64,000 nt of DNA from Geosiphon pyriformis uo1. Its lineage: Eukaryota; Fungi; Glomeromycota. A program made the translations under genes and the position numbers. The notes under the pieces were generated by a model that did no database searches, was not told the origin of the DNA, and saw nothing but the letters and a program-made list of their open reading frames with translations. Of this stretch, positions 11,161 to 24,973 are shown in pieces; position 1 is the first letter of the stretch, and each line of letters begins with the position of its first letter. Location: NCBI GenBank assembly GCA_016748015.1, contig JAAOMT010000047.1, positions 64,977-128,976 on the forward strand, given 5' to 3'.

Positions 11161-14100
11161 CACTTTACAAAAACTAATAATTATACAAATATAAGAAAAA
11201 AATAAAATAAAAAGTTGAAATTATTATATTGATCTTTGTTTTAAGTAATTTTTATTTATTTGAGAGATATTTTTTTAAAGTTTTGAAGAGTTTTGTTTAT
11301 ATACTATTAAAAAAGATCAATAATCAAATTAGAAATTACATTTATAATTTAATTAATAATCAAATTAATGATCAAGTCAATAATCAAATCAATAATTAAT
11401 TCTAAAAAATGATGACTAATAATTAAAATTCATGAAGCATTAAAACATATAATATTGAAGTTGTTTTTAAAAGCTTTAATCTTCTATAATTTACTAAATT
11501 TTTTAAATGTTTGAATTGTATTTTATATAACAAGTTTTGTTTATAAACAAAATATTTTTTATCATTATTTTATATTAGAAAAAAGAAATATTTTAGCAGT
11601 TATGTATTTATAATTGTTTTAATGCTTTACTAATTAATATTATAAATATTACAATAACTAGTAACTAATCAAGTTTTTTATAATACTTTATATTAATTTT
11701 GCAAGATAAAAAATTTATTATTTAGTATTTTGTTGATTATAAATAGTCTTTTTTAATAACTTAAAAGTTTATTACTAAAACTATTGTCTTAATCTGATTG
11801 ATATTCAAAAACGAAGTTATTAATACTTTAAAAAAGTGGTTTATTTTTTTATAAGCAATTATTTATGCTCCTACTAGAAAGTTTAGAATTGTTTTAAGTT
11901 TTATTGTAAAATTTTTTTGTAGTTAAGTTTTATTAATTTTTTAAATAATAATAAAAAAAAGAAAATTTCTAATATACTCTAAGTTTTTTTAAGAGTTTTT
12001 CTATTAATAAGTTAAAAAAAGCTCTTTGTTTTATTTAAAAGTAATTCTTAAAAATATTTATGTCAATATATATAATTTGTGTATATAAAATCGGCAATTA
12101 AAATTGTTGTTTATTTTAATATTGTTCTGGTTTTTACTTATTTTATTAAGTAATCTATTGTTATTATTATGTATTAATTTTTATTTTTATCAAAAAGTTA
12201 ATTAACAGAAATCAAATAAATATTTTCTTTTTAATTGGATTTTTTTTGCTAACAAATATGACAAATTTTCATGCATTTATTATGGATTTTTTAAGATTAG
12301 TTAATAATATTTTGTTAATATCTTCTAAAATGTTCTGCTAAAAAATTAATATATATATTAATATTATAATTTCTTTTTCTTTAATTAAAAAGCTCTTTAG
12401 AATTGGTTAAGATTTTTTTGGTTTTTTTAATATAATTGGTTTTAACAAATCAAATAAAAATTTGATTGTTTTTAAAAATATTCTCTTTATTATTGATTAT
12501 ATTTTAATAAATATTGTTTCTTATCCAAAATTTTTGCTAAGTGCTAAATAGTTTTTTAAGTTGATTGTTATGTTTAATTTTATAAATATTTAATTTGATT
12601 AGTTGATGTTAATATGTTTTTTTTATTAAATAATCTATTAGAATAAAGTATTTGTATTTTGATTGCTTATATTTTTATAATATTTGATTTTATAATTATA
12701 TTTATTTAAATATATAATTTAGTAGAAAATGTTTTTGTAGTCCAGTCTTTTTTTGTTTTTTAATAAAACAAAAGTTTAATAATTAATGTAAATAATAAAT
12801 TTGTTTTAAAAGAGATATTTATATTAGTAAACAGTAAACTATACTATGATTAAGCAATTTTTTTCGATAATAATGTAGTTTTTTTAGCTTGCTATTATAT
12901 ACTATATTATGGTTTTTTTCATTTTTTTGTAACAAAAAAGACATTAAAAATATCAGTGTAAAGAATTGTTTTAATATTAATTTAGAAATAAGTTTTTCGA
13001 ACATTCTGCCTGGTTTTACTATAGTCTTACTGCTCTTTGTTTTATTGGTAAGTGGCTAAATAAACATAAATTTTTATATTCAAATACTATTTTCATTTTC
13101 GCGACATTGATTTTTTTTACTGCCTTTGTTCCGGATAATAGAGATCACAATTCGAAACAGAATAATAGCAATACGAATATTATTATAATTAAAGCTCAAA
13201 AATACACACAAACAGCTATAATAAATATTTAAAATTGATGAATTTATTGAAGTTTAAACACAATTACACAATTTATTAAAAGAAAAATTAAAATGAAAAT
13301 AGAAAATTACAAAGTAAAAAAGAAAAAGTAAACTAAATTCTAAAGAGCTGCTTTTTTGTAATGCTGGTTTTTTTCAAGCTACAAATCAATTTGTTTTTCT
13401 ATTTAAATATTAAAATTGGGATTGCAATTTTTGTTTACTAATAAATTAATTTTCATAGTTTTACTGGAAAATTCATATAGCTATAAAGTTTTAAAGATAT
13501 TCTTTAATAATTTAAAACTTGTCATTGTTATTTCATTGGCTTTTTAAAATTTTTAACTATTTAACAAGATTTTAACTAAATAGTAAAAGCAGCTTAAATT
13601 TTGGAGAACTAAGCATATGTTGTTATTAAGAGCAATTATAAATCTGTGTACAATAATTTTTAAGAAGTAGTATTTAATTAAAAAAAAAAGATATAGAATT
13701 GACTTTAGTTTGATAATACTAGAATATTAAGAATATAATTGGAATTCTATGACTAGATAATTCTTTTATTACTAGATATTTTTATAGATCTCACTTATAT
13801 AGCTAACATAATTAAATTTATTTATTATAATAGATTGATAAGATATAAGCATGCTTTACATGAAAAATAATTTATTCAAATTAAAGGAAATAATAAAAAT
13901 CTTTAATTTGTAAATAATAATTTGATCACAAAAAAATTACTACTATTACAAGATTTTTTAACCTGGCGGTTCCAAGTTTTAATGTAATAAAAAATTATTT
14001 AAATTTCTTCTGTAAATAGATAAGAGCTTGATAAATCATTGTTGTAATTGAACTTCCTGAATAGAAAAGCTCAAATTGAAAAAATTTGATTAGACAACCC

Positions 14101-15239
14101 AAATTTTTATTTATAAAAAACTTTCAAAAAGAAACCAAGAAACAGTCGAGATAAAAATATAAAATTCAGAAAGTATAATTAGCTACTATTAATGTATGAT
14201 GGAATAAGTAAAAATGGAAACCCTTCCAATGCAAATAGATTGGAGATAGATTCTAATACGCTGCCCGAATATGGAGATTGTTTTTACATTTTCCAACACT
14301 TAGATCCAAAAAAATTTAAATTTTAACGATTTTCAAATTCTGAAGTAAATTAGGTGGGAAATTTTTAATATGATACTCATTAAAAATTTGAGCAATAAAT
14401 ATCAACTAGTTAAGATTAAATTTCTAAAGTATTTGATTCAATTTTAAAATTTTCAATACTAAGTATACTTTTAAACAGCTATTTATTTTTTTGAAAAGAA
14501 TATCTTAAAGCTAAAAACAATTATTGAAACATATATAAGTCTTGTTATAATTGACAAAAATTTTGATTTTAATATACTATAAAAGTTTTTATTTTCAAAT
14601 CGAACTTTCATGTTGCAATTAATTAAATTCGCAAAAAAATAATAATAAATAAATTTTTAATGATATAAATTAAGATATCACTTTAATTAGTTTGATTGAA
14701 ATTGATTACTTTTCAATTTTATTTAGAATTTGTCGGTGAATAAAATAGATAAACTTAAATTATGTAATCTCAAAAACTAATTTTGGTGAAATACAACTAA
14801 TAAAAGTTGTATTTTTATAACTGTTTATCAGAGTTCAAAATTATCTTTTTATTTTAAAAAATTGCCATAATCTTTAATAGGGTTTAAAAGTTTTCTTAAA
14901 ATATTTAGAAAGATGATTTCATCGTTCGATTTTTCAACTCTTAAGCCATGCGCTCATTCATATCACTTAACCTTGCTCAGCAGGGTCAGGTAAAACTTCA
15001 CAGCTTCTTTTATTTGATTGCTTAACTTCTTGGCCACATTAAATTTCACCTCTTTTAATACGTTGAAGTTATCATTTTTTGTATTATCTATCACTTCTTA
15101 CTTGCTAATTATTTTACCTCAACGATTAATTAAAAAAAAAGAGAATATATGCTGTCTACTTTTTAAAGTATTCAGATTTAAGCAACGAATATTTTGTTTG
15201 CTGATTTACCTTATAATTTTTGGTATTGAATACAAAATC

Positions 15240-15660
15240 CCAATAGTCCTTTTAATCGCGTAAAACACCCCAAACTATAATGGATTTTGGTCCACTCCTG
15301 AAAGTAGGCACTAAGAAATTAGTATCAAATTTTCTTCAAACTTCAATTAATTGTGATTGCTTCCCAATTTCTATACTCTTCTCATCGAAGATCAGTCTTA
15401 TTTTTATTTTCCTTGTATCATTTAAGCATATATTTCTGAGATAAGATTTTTTGCTGTGATACGTGAATGAAGTCTAAAGTTGTACACTACATTTGCTGCA
15501 GTTCACAGGAGTCGTTTTTCATTGGCTTTCCATACTAATAATTTTTTTTTCGTGGTTGATAGTATTCTAGAACGTGGCGAGTTTTCAATTTTTCATGTTC
15601 TTTTGTCATATCTAAGCATTTTACGATTTTGGCGACTCTTATGATTTCAATAAAGAGCTG
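15240..15660 (-). mobile_element. Tc1-like DDE transposase remnant
   Basis: The minus strand gives ENSPRSRILS..., IFDEKSIEIGKQSQLIEV*RK and FLVPTFRSGPKSIIVWG/CF across frameshifts, resembling the Tc1 'SDE...PTFKSG..SVMVWGCF' block. Confidence 0.7.
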
Positions 15661-15829
15661 TTTTATTACAAATATTATTTAAATTTCAATTTGATAAAAT
15701 TTTTGAAGTTGGTGAAACCATGGTAATTATTTAAAGAGCACTGTTTGCTTAATCACAATTTTTGAACTTAGATAAAAATCTTTGGGTTCCTTGAAAATTA
15801 TGAGCTGAGCAAAATTGTAGCAAGAAATC

Positions 15830-16160
15830 TCCAGAAAAATTGACAAATTTGCATTATTTATTTGGCCAACCCATAATACTAACGATTGTTCAATGTGCAA
15901 AAATTTAGATATTTTTTCTCTTTTAAGATTAAAAGCATGTGAATTTAAATTTTTGTTAATTTTTTTTTCCAAAATATTATTTGCTGCTGATTCTCTTATC
16001 CCAAACTGATTTGCTAAGATGCTTTTTAAAAATAAGAAGTTGAGTTCTTTAAGTTGAGAAAGTTTGATTTTTTAAGCAATAGTGCATTGAACTTTCTTTT
16101 TTGAGTCTGAGAGGAATTTATAATGTGTTCAATAGGTAAACCTTTTTTGTTCTGTCATGT
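15830..16160 (-). mobile_element. pogo/Tigger CENP-B-type HTH remnant
   Basis: Reads LANQFGIRESAANNILEKK...KREKISKFLHIEQSLVLWVGQINNANLSI, with nucleotide similarity to 20250-20400. Confidence 0.6.
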
Positions 16161-16329
16161 TGTTATAATTATTAGAATAAAATTTTTAAATTAATAAGTG
16201 GTTTGTTCGAATAAATAATTTTTCAGGATATTAATTCAAAAATTGATAAAGTAAATTATGATAACAAATAAAATCTTTGTTCAAAGATCTTTATTTGTAC
16301 ATTATATTATTCCAAAAGTGTTGAATTTT

Positions 16330-16780
16330 TTCCTGAAAGTCTTTCTCATCCCAAAAATGTTCAATGGAATTTAGATTTGGAACCAATCAAGAACCTCAAT
16401 ATTATTGTCCCACACCACTTTGGGATATGTTACGAGTCATTATCCTGATGTCTTGTGTATACAAATCAAATCAGTTCAAGGTTCCAATAAAAAGCATCTA
16501 TGAGTATCATTCACCAACCAATATAACTGAGATTTCCAATGCCGTGAATTGTAAAACAACCCACACCATAATACCACCACCACCACCACCAAATTTACTT
16601 TTTTCACACTAACATTAATGATGGATTTTAATTTTCACTGCTGTAAACATTCTTGAGTAGAAATAAGATGAATTTTTCATTCATTAAAATTTACTTAAAA
16701 GTCGTGGGCGTTCAGAACTGTGTTCATCTTTGAAACCACCAGTTTCATTTTTTAATTTTTTTATGTGTATTACTGTAGCA
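16330..16780 (-). mobile_element. Internally deleted Tc1-like transposase remnant
   Basis: The minus strand gives ETGGFKDEHSSERPRLLS, KFGGGGGIMVW/CFTIHGIGNL, HQDNDS*H, WDNNIEVLDW and PNLNSIEHFWDE, the hallmark Tc1 DDE blocks. Confidence 0.8.
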
Positions 16781-17188
16781 AGTTTTCGAATAAATTATTC
16801 TTATGCGTTTCTCTATAGAAATACTGGTCATAATAATTTTTTTTATTGCTGAGGACTATCTTCCAGGTCCAGTATATATTATTAAAGAAAAAATTCTTTT
16901 CATGAATCATTTCTATTAAGACAATCTGAAACGTGCAATAAAATTTAATGATTGTACTGAGAAGAGAATTTAAATTTAAATGAATATCCCTCTTACAGTA
17001 TTTATATTACTGGTATTAATAAACAGTCTAATAAAATTTCCTTGGCTGTTGCTTGCATAAAATTTATCTTGGATTTTTAGCGAGTGTATAATTTAGAACC
17101 CCCACAAAAGTCATCGTATCACCTGAGGACAATCACAATAACGATAACACATTTCATAATTAACTATTGTAAGACAATAATTTGTTAT

Positions 17189-17761
17189 ATGGAAAAGAAA
17201 ACCAATTGTCAATCAAGCTTTCATTCATCCGGACGGAAATTTACCTATCGACTGGCTTGAAGAAGTATTCATAGTGATCAATGAAAGTTGTCTAAACAAT
17301 CCTTTTCCAAAAGTTGCTGAATTGGTGAAAAATTATCTTGAGCACAATCAGAAAACATCTGAAAGTTTATTCAATTGCTTAAAGAATAAAATCTCAAAGC
17401 GTTCGTTAGACTATGTTCTGCTTGGCTTTTATTTAGAACATGGGATTGGAACTATTCGAAATTTAACAAAAAAATTTCTAGAATTTCAGAAAGCAGCAAA
17501 TGCAAAAGATTTTTCTGGACAATTCTTCTTAGAAAGTTGTTATGATAATGAATTTTGATACTTTACAAGATCAAGGAATAGCATTTGGACTCTATTTAAA
17601 AGCAGCAGAGGCGGGATATACAATTGCACAAAACAGTCTTGCACCTTGTTATCGAAATGACAAAATATGACGAAAAAGCATTTGAACTCTATTCAAAATC
17701 AGTAGAGGCAAATAATGCACGTGCATAATATAATCTTGGGAACTGTTATCAAAAATGGTAA
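17189..17761 (+). pseudogene. Sel1-repeat protein pseudogene
   Basis: LLGFYLEHGIGTIRN..FLEFQKAAN, AFGLYLKAAEAGYTIAQNSLAPCYRN and AFELYSKSVEANNARAYNNLGNCYQ lie in shifting frames with stops. Confidence 0.85.
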
Positions 17762-17897
17762 ATTTTTCCTCTGTAAAAATTCATAATATCCAAAAGATTT
17801 TCGTGTGCAAATATTAAAAAATAAAATTTATTTTAGTCTAAGCAAAAGTTACTTAAAATAAAAATAATATTTGAAAGTTAAACAGATATAATGTCAT

Positions 17898-19271
17898 CTA
17901 TTTCTTCCATGGTTGTTTAGCAGGTGAGACACCCATGGTTATACCAAAGTATGGTCCATTATTAAGCAAAAATTGGAATGGTTTTTTTGCATGAGCACAT
18001 TCCTATCAGAGAAAGTTCAAATTAATTTTTATGATGAAAAAAATGATATTTAAGCAATTTTACAAGCACAAACCTCGCTTTCATCTAGAAAATAGCCATC
18101 TGGATAATACTTTTCTCCTCCGTGACACTGATAAACGATTGTATTCTCAAGGAACTGATCATTGTTATTACAGTCACAATTATCCAATTCAATCCAATAT
18201 TCCATAATGGAGTGAAAATAATCCTCATTTTGTGATGTAGAACCATCATGCGGAAGATTCACCACAATATCATTTTTGTAGTTAACTCGAGCTTTTGCAA
18301 AAACGGCTTCATTCAGAGCTCGAGCAAATTGTAAATTGCCTATTCTTGGTTGACCATAAGTAAATAAACGTATTGGAATATGGGATGTCTTTGTAGATTG
18401 ATAAAACTCATAAGCAGCAAATGTTGCATAGACTACAAGATTTAAAAAAAGTTATTTTGAGGTTTGAAAAGAATATTTAGAAATCAGGAAAATAATAACT
18501 CACCAGCACCCATGCCATGTCCCACAAAAGTTAACCTGTAAATAGTATCGAGTCCTTTTATTTCTTCTATTAATTTCATTTCTTCAAAGATGCTTGAAAT
18601 ATCAAAATTAACACGCCGGAATTGATCCCAAAAATATTTGTTCACTTTTGCTTTCGCATATAATGGGTATTCGACCATTTTTCCATGGAACGCAGATATC
18701 CATTCGGATGGTAATAAGAGATTGCCACGGAAGTAGATAATTAGTTCATCAGGATCCCCAATAACACTCGAAACTAAATAAGTGAATATAATTTAGAATA
18801 TTGTCTATAGAAACAACTTGAAACTGCATTCTTTGATTGAATCAAAAACAAAATGATAATTAACAGTGAAAAAAATCTTTGTGATTGATGATATTTAGTA
18901 TTTAGCATACCATATAATGAATCTTTTAAAGAATAGGCTAAGTTGGCATACCAGGCATATTTTTGAAGAAGTCGTTTAGTGTCAGGCATTACATAATTCT
19001 TCGTAGGGCTCAACTGACTTCTTTTCACACCACCATTTGGAAAAGTTCTCTTGACAAATAGGTATGGAAAAATTGAGCTGCTGTTCTTCTTTTCAAAAAA
19101 TTGCCCTTCTTTTATGATTGTCGAGCTTGAATTTTGTTGATCTGTATTTTTTTGAACGATATTATCAAAAGTCTTTTGTTTTGAAAAAATGTACAGAAGA
19201 AAATAGAAAATTGTGATTAAAAAAAATAGTGTCCAATTTAAATATTTTATTGGATTGCTCAATTTTATCAT
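17898..19271 (-). CDS. Class-3 lipase-like protein, nucleophile Ser->Gly (paralog L1, ~364 aa)
   Basis: Exons 19271-18911, 18773-18504, 18432-18074 and 18002-17898 have GT..AG introns and an open frame. Features: N-terminal hydrophobic segment, IIYFRGN, FVGHGMGA, TYGQPRIGN, KNDIV, EYWI, NNGPYFG. Confidence 0.88.
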
Positions 19272-19396
19272 TGTAACGCTGAAGCTCTGTTTTTCAAGAC
19301 TATTGAAAAAATTTAATTATTTATACAACTTAGCGCGACACAAATCATACTCTTTTAAGGCACATTGATAATCTTTATTCCGTTATCACTTTCCCG

Positions 19397-19427
19397 TTAA
19401 TCCGAAGTTGATTCTACTTCGGATTAA
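19397..19427. promoter_or_regulatory. Perfect 12-bp inverted repeat upstream of L1, candidate dimeric TF site
   Basis: ttaatccgaagt-N7-acttcggattaa lies 126-156 bp upstream of the L1 ATG. The repeat is certain; its function is inferred. Confidence 0.4.
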
Positions 19428-19639
19428 GTGTGTCTTGGGTTTGTGACAAAAATTGTTTAATGATTGCCATTTTAAGTTATATTTACAAATTTAACTTGAC
19501 AAAATACAAAATATAAAAATCATTAAATTAAGAAATTGATTCATAAATCTCTTTTCAATTTATTTATTTTGAAACTAGAAATTGGTTTACTGTATCATCA
19601 CAATTTTCTTATTCAATATATATAAGTACAAGATCTGAA

Positions 19640-20400
19640 CCAATAATTTCACTGATTCTGTTCATCTTTTATATTGGAATTTTAAAACAGTATTTCTTCA
19701 AGAGTATGAGATGTAACATTATTTAAAAGTAAAAAAATATTTTTGTTGGAATTTTGTGTTGGAATATTAAGTTTTTGTAACCAATTAAAAAAGTGTTTAA
19801 TTGGATTCATGCACTACTTTTTGCATAATAATTTACAGATCAAGTATTTTTATCAACTTTTCTCATACATCTTGGAGCTTTGTATTTGTGGATACAAAGT
19901 AAAGTAATTTTTGAAGTTTTTGTAGTATTGCAACACAAAAATTTGTACCTCTGTCGTTGATTTTCTTGTTCCAGCAATAAAGTATTTTGAAAATGCTCTA
20001 ATTTATAATAAAAATGTTTTATCACAATTATAGACATTATCTAAATTCTATTTGATAAGAGTTCTTGAAATTCTTTGCAAAATTGTGGTAAATTATTTAA
20101 GATCTACCATTTGCTTCTTCACATTTTTTGATTTCTCTGATACCTTAGCACTTTTTGAAGTGAGTTAACTATTCTTGAATTTTTGAAATCAGTAATTTTT
20201 ATTAGTTCAACAAAATTGCTAGCTTTTTGAAGTTAAATATCTTTAAAATTTTAAAGATTTACATTTTTACTTTGGTTAAGCTATAATGCGAAAGATTGTT
20301 TACTGTGAAAATTTTTCGGTGTTCTTTCTCTTTTAAGTTTAAGATAGTGAGAGCTTTAATTTTCGCTAAAATTCCACTTTTTTTTCAAAATGCTATAATA
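19640..20400 (-). mobile_element. pogo/Tigger-like transposase remnant
   Basis: The minus strand gives HTH-like LKRERTPK..QSFAL*LNQ, then DNVYNCDET, FLCCNTTKTSKITLLCIHKYKAPRCMRKVDKNT, VNYYAK and FFNWLQKL, with many stops. Confidence 0.8.
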
Positions 20401-20899
20401 AAGAAAAATTTTAAAGTTCAATATTTTGAATAGAAAAGAAATCACTTTTTGTTAATCATTCACTAAAAAGCTACATCTTAATAAAAAACAGATATAACTT
20501 AATAAAAATTCACTCACTATATGTAAAGACCTTGATACTTTAAAACATTCAACAGCTGAGATTTTAAAATTTATTCTCTGTCAGGAATCTTTCGAAAGCT
20601 CATTGAAAGATTTTGATTCAAAAGAACATCTTAAACCATTAATAATCAATCTATACATGATTTTCCTTCTATATCAGTAGATTTATCCCCCATTTGAGTC
20701 AAGCTGGTAAAATAATTTTTTCTTTTGATATTCTGAATTAAATTAATATTTGAAAAGGTATTAATTACTTTAGAAAATTTTACAGATCTGAATTCTAGCA
20801 TAAGATAAAGTTTGAAAAAGGAAATCTTCAGCTTGCTTGTGTTATATATACATAAAATTTCTACTCTTTTGAGTATTGAAATCCAAATATAAGGCTTAC

Positions 20900-23800
20900 A
20901 ATTTTGATCAAAAAGGGTTATGTTAATTTCAAATTCAAGTATTCTATTTTTTTAGAATAATTGAGCCTTTTGTTCATAAAAAATAATACAGATATTTACT
21001 TAATTTGTATTTAATCAACTTATAAATGATAGTTTTATCTACAACTAGTAAAATAATATAATCTTGGATCTTCAATTGTGTATTCGATTAATTATATTGT
21101 AAAATGTTAATTATGATAAATCATAACAGAATGAATTTTTTTATATTTATAAGCTATAGTTTGTAAAATTCTTAATTTATTATTCCAATAAGTAGAGTAA
21201 AATTTTGCTAAAACAGTTAACTTTTTTTATACTGAATCTGAATACACTTAACTTGGTTCTAAAAAATCAAATAGAAATTTAATTATTTATACAAATATTT
21301 TCTTTGCTGTTAATTATACTTTGATAAGTATTGTTTTTTACTCAAAAATTCAATAAATACTGAATAGTTTTCCAAGTTCATTCTTGTGTTTAATTTGATA
21401 GGTGTTTTTGCTAATCTGTTCATTTTACTGAATAACTAATCAGAATAGAGCATCTGTATTTTAATTGCTTGTTTTTTTGTAATACTTAATATTGTATTTG
21501 TATTTGTTTAGATGTATTATTTAGCAGAAAATTTTTTTGTAATCCTGTTTTTTTTTGTTTTTTAATAAAACTAAAGCTTGATAATTAACATATATATCGA
21601 ATTGTTTTTTAAGAAAATATTTATTATAGTAAGCAGTAGATTATATCACTATTAAGTATTTTTTTAATAACTGTATAATTTTTTTCAGCTTGTTGAAAAG
21701 TTTTATTACTATAAGCTATAACATGTTCTTTTTTTTGAGACAAGATAGCATTAAAAAAAACATTAGAGGCATTAATATAAAAAATAAAAAACTTGTTAAA
21801 GTTGGGTTGTTTAAAAAAAGCTTGATAGTCAATTTTTCTTGAAATTTTTAAATGTTTTTTGCTAAGAAATACTCTAATAATAATTAGTATTTTTTGTAAA
21901 AGCTAATTGAGTAGATATGTAATTTTGAAAAATCTTTTAATAAACTTTTAGTAATAGAAAACTAGTCCAAAGAAAAATTATAATTTAAGAATATTTATTG
22001 ATTGTTTATGTTTGTTTACTTTTATTATTTTAGTTGAGTCTTGAAAGATTCCATTTTTCCTTAAAAAATATCTAAAAACTGAGTAGATTGTTGTCTAAAA
22101 AATAATTTGATTGGATTGATTTTGAGCTCAGTATTCTTAAAGAAATCAAAAACTTTTTGAAAATAATTTAAATTTGTTCCAAGTTTTTGAATACACAATA
22201 ATATTATTAAGATATACAGAAACAAACTTTTAATGCTCTAATTTAAACACTTTATCTATTAATCTTTAAAAAATAAATGAAATATTTGTTTATTTAAAAA
22301 GCATTATAGTAAACTTATAAGTTTTATACTTTGTAATAAAAACTGTTTTTTCTTTGCTAACAAAATTTATTTTTACTTGTCAGAATTTAACAGTTAAATT
22401 AATTGTTATAAAATAGGCTAAGTCTTTAAATAAAATTAAAAATATTGTCAACTTTTAAAAATAAATACATATTTGTTTAGTAATTCTATTTAATTAACAA
22501 TAATTAATACAGAATTATAAAGTTTCTTTTTTTTAGATATTATTATAACAGAAAATACTTATTTACTCTTGGTTTTTTTTATAAATTCAAGCTTTTTATC
22601 TGATTTATTTTATTTGATAAACTTGTTATTTTAACAATTTGATTAATAAAGCTTTAAATAAATAGGATAAATATTCTTAGTTTTAATTAAATATTAAATA
22701 AACAGAATGTTTTTTTGATATTACTAACTTATTTTGGATTAATAAATTTTTGATATTAATTTTTTGTCTTCTTTAATGAGTTTTTTTTGATAATTAAATT
22801 TTAGGTACTTTTTTTCAAATATCTTTTGTACAGCTTTAATTTTTATTAAAAATTAAACTAATTAGTTCTTAATCTCTGAAAAAGATTAAATAAGATTTAC
22901 ATTTATTATTTGAAGAATAAAAAAAATAATTGTACCAATATTAAACACAAAAATTATGTTATTAATAATATTATTTTGCTTTTTTTTTGGTTGTTGTCTA
23001 AATATTTTTTTATTACTGTTAAAAATAATAAAAACTAATTTAAACAAAATTCAAGCAAAATTTGGAGTTTTTTTTGAGAAAAAAGGAATTTATATTAAAA
23101 AATAAATTTAGCTTTTTTTCGTTTTTTTTTTTCAAAGTTTTTTAAAATTATTAAAATATTATTATTGTTGCTTTGTTGTTGTTGTTATTAAACTATTTTT
23201 GGAAGTATTTTTTAAAGTTAACACTAGATTACAATGAATTTGGCTTTATTACAAATTGTGAGTTTATAAAACTTGTAATTAAGAAGAATTTTGGTTTTTT
23301 TTAATTATTTTTTTCTAATAATATAATTTTTAGTTTTTAATATTTCTATATTAGTTTTGATATACACATTATTAATTCGAATAAGAATAGCTTTAACAAT
23401 TTCTAAACTTTTTTTTTGTATTTATAAACATTAGTTATAAATTTAGTTAATAGTTTATTAGTTTTTTTTTAATTATATCTAAAAATACTGGGTTATAATA
23501 CTAATTAAAAAATTATTATCTAATATTAAATATATAAAACATCCAATTATCAGTGCTTTATAAATAAATAAAGTAATATTAAGATATTTTTATCTAATTT
23601 TTAAACAATTTTTAGTGTTTTAACTTTGACAAATTTTAAATAATTTTAACTTTAAAATTTTATCTTGGTTATTAGATATTAAAATAATTGTATTAAAGTC
23701 TAAATCAAAATCTATTTTTTATTTTTAGATCTGATATAGCTTGATGATTTGCTAATATTTTTTTGTGCTATGTAATTAGTATTTTTATATTAATAACAGA

Positions 23801-24900
23801 CTAGAAAACTATAGATTTTAAGTTTTAAATTATATTAAATTGTTAAAACTGATTATAATAAGACTAATATTAAAGTCTTAGAGGTTTTTGATTTTTTTAT
23901 GATGTTTAAATTAATAATTCCAAAAGTTTTGTAAGATTTACTGTTAATTTATTAATTAATTAATTATTAAGATCTTAAATATAAGTAGTAAATAATATAA
24001 TACCCCTTTAAGAAACAGAAATAAAAACTGAAACAGTTATTAAAGATAAAAAACCATTTTTTAAGTGTATTTTTTAATTGTTTTCTATTTACTAAGTTAT
24101 CTTTCTGTAATATTTAATGTTAAATTATTTTGATAACAAAAAAAGACCAAAAAGCATAGAATAAATCTGTTTTTAAACTTTTGATAAAAGAGTGGATTTT
24201 TTGTTTTTTTATTTTTCTTAAATTTACTTGTTTTATTAACTTTTAAATTGTCTTAACATATTCAATAATCATTTTTTCTGGGCTTTGTACTTTTTTTATA
24301 ATTTTATCTTTTATTTAGATATTAATACTGCTATTTTAAATTATTTTTAGATCTAATAATAAAAAAGTTCTATTTTGACCAGCATTTTCAAAAGACTTGT
24401 TTTGCAGTTCTATTAGTAGTATTTTTTGAAATAACCTATACAGCAAAAAATTCTTAAAAATATCTTTCAACTGTTTAAAACTTGTAATCATTGTTATATT
24501 GGTTTGCTGTGGCAACTTTTTCCAAATTTTTAAGCTATTTATAAGATCTTAAAAGTTTTCTCTAAACAAAGATAAAAAACTTATGTTTCGACAATTTAAG
24601 ACAGTCTGGATGTTTTAAAAGACTAGTAAAATATTTATTCTATCTTAAAATATAATAAAAGTAGATGTTTGAAAAAAAAGTCTGAATTGCTTGATAAAAG
24701 ATCAAAAATAAAAGCTGTTTGATAGCTTTTTTTGTTTTCGGTTTCTGTAAAAGTTTTGATTTGTTAATCTGCAGTTATTTATTTGTATATTTGTTGATTT
24801 AAGATTTCAAACTCAAAAAAAAGTTGATTAAAGGTAATTAAACATATTAATTGATTGATATAATTATTTCTGGCCTCAATTTTTTTTCAAAATATGCTTG
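20900..24900 (-). mobile_element. Heavily mutated Ty3/Gypsy LTR retrotransposon; RT-RNase H recognisable at ~21440-22400, outer limits approximate
   Basis: EKTVFITKYKTYKFTIMLFK*TN corresponds to EKTAFITKYGTYEF.VMPFGLTN. FVSVYLNNIIVYSKTW carries YxDD as YLNN at 22214-22203. Also FFFGLVFYY*KFIKRFFKI and NTDALF* (consensus NADALSR). Confidence 0.85.
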
Positions 24901-24973
24901 ATCAAAGAAATAAACAGTATATGCTGAATAAGTTTTGGCTAAATACTTAATTAAAAACCAATTACGAAAATAG

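Noticed and set aside
9019-13004. Short I/K/N/F-rich ORFs in the AT-rich region
   Set aside because: Composition artefacts of decayed repeat DNA; the underlying element could not be identified reliably.
14972-15000. Walker A-like SAGSGKT on the plus strand
   Set aside because: It is immediately preceded by a stop and has no surrounding ATPase-like sequence.
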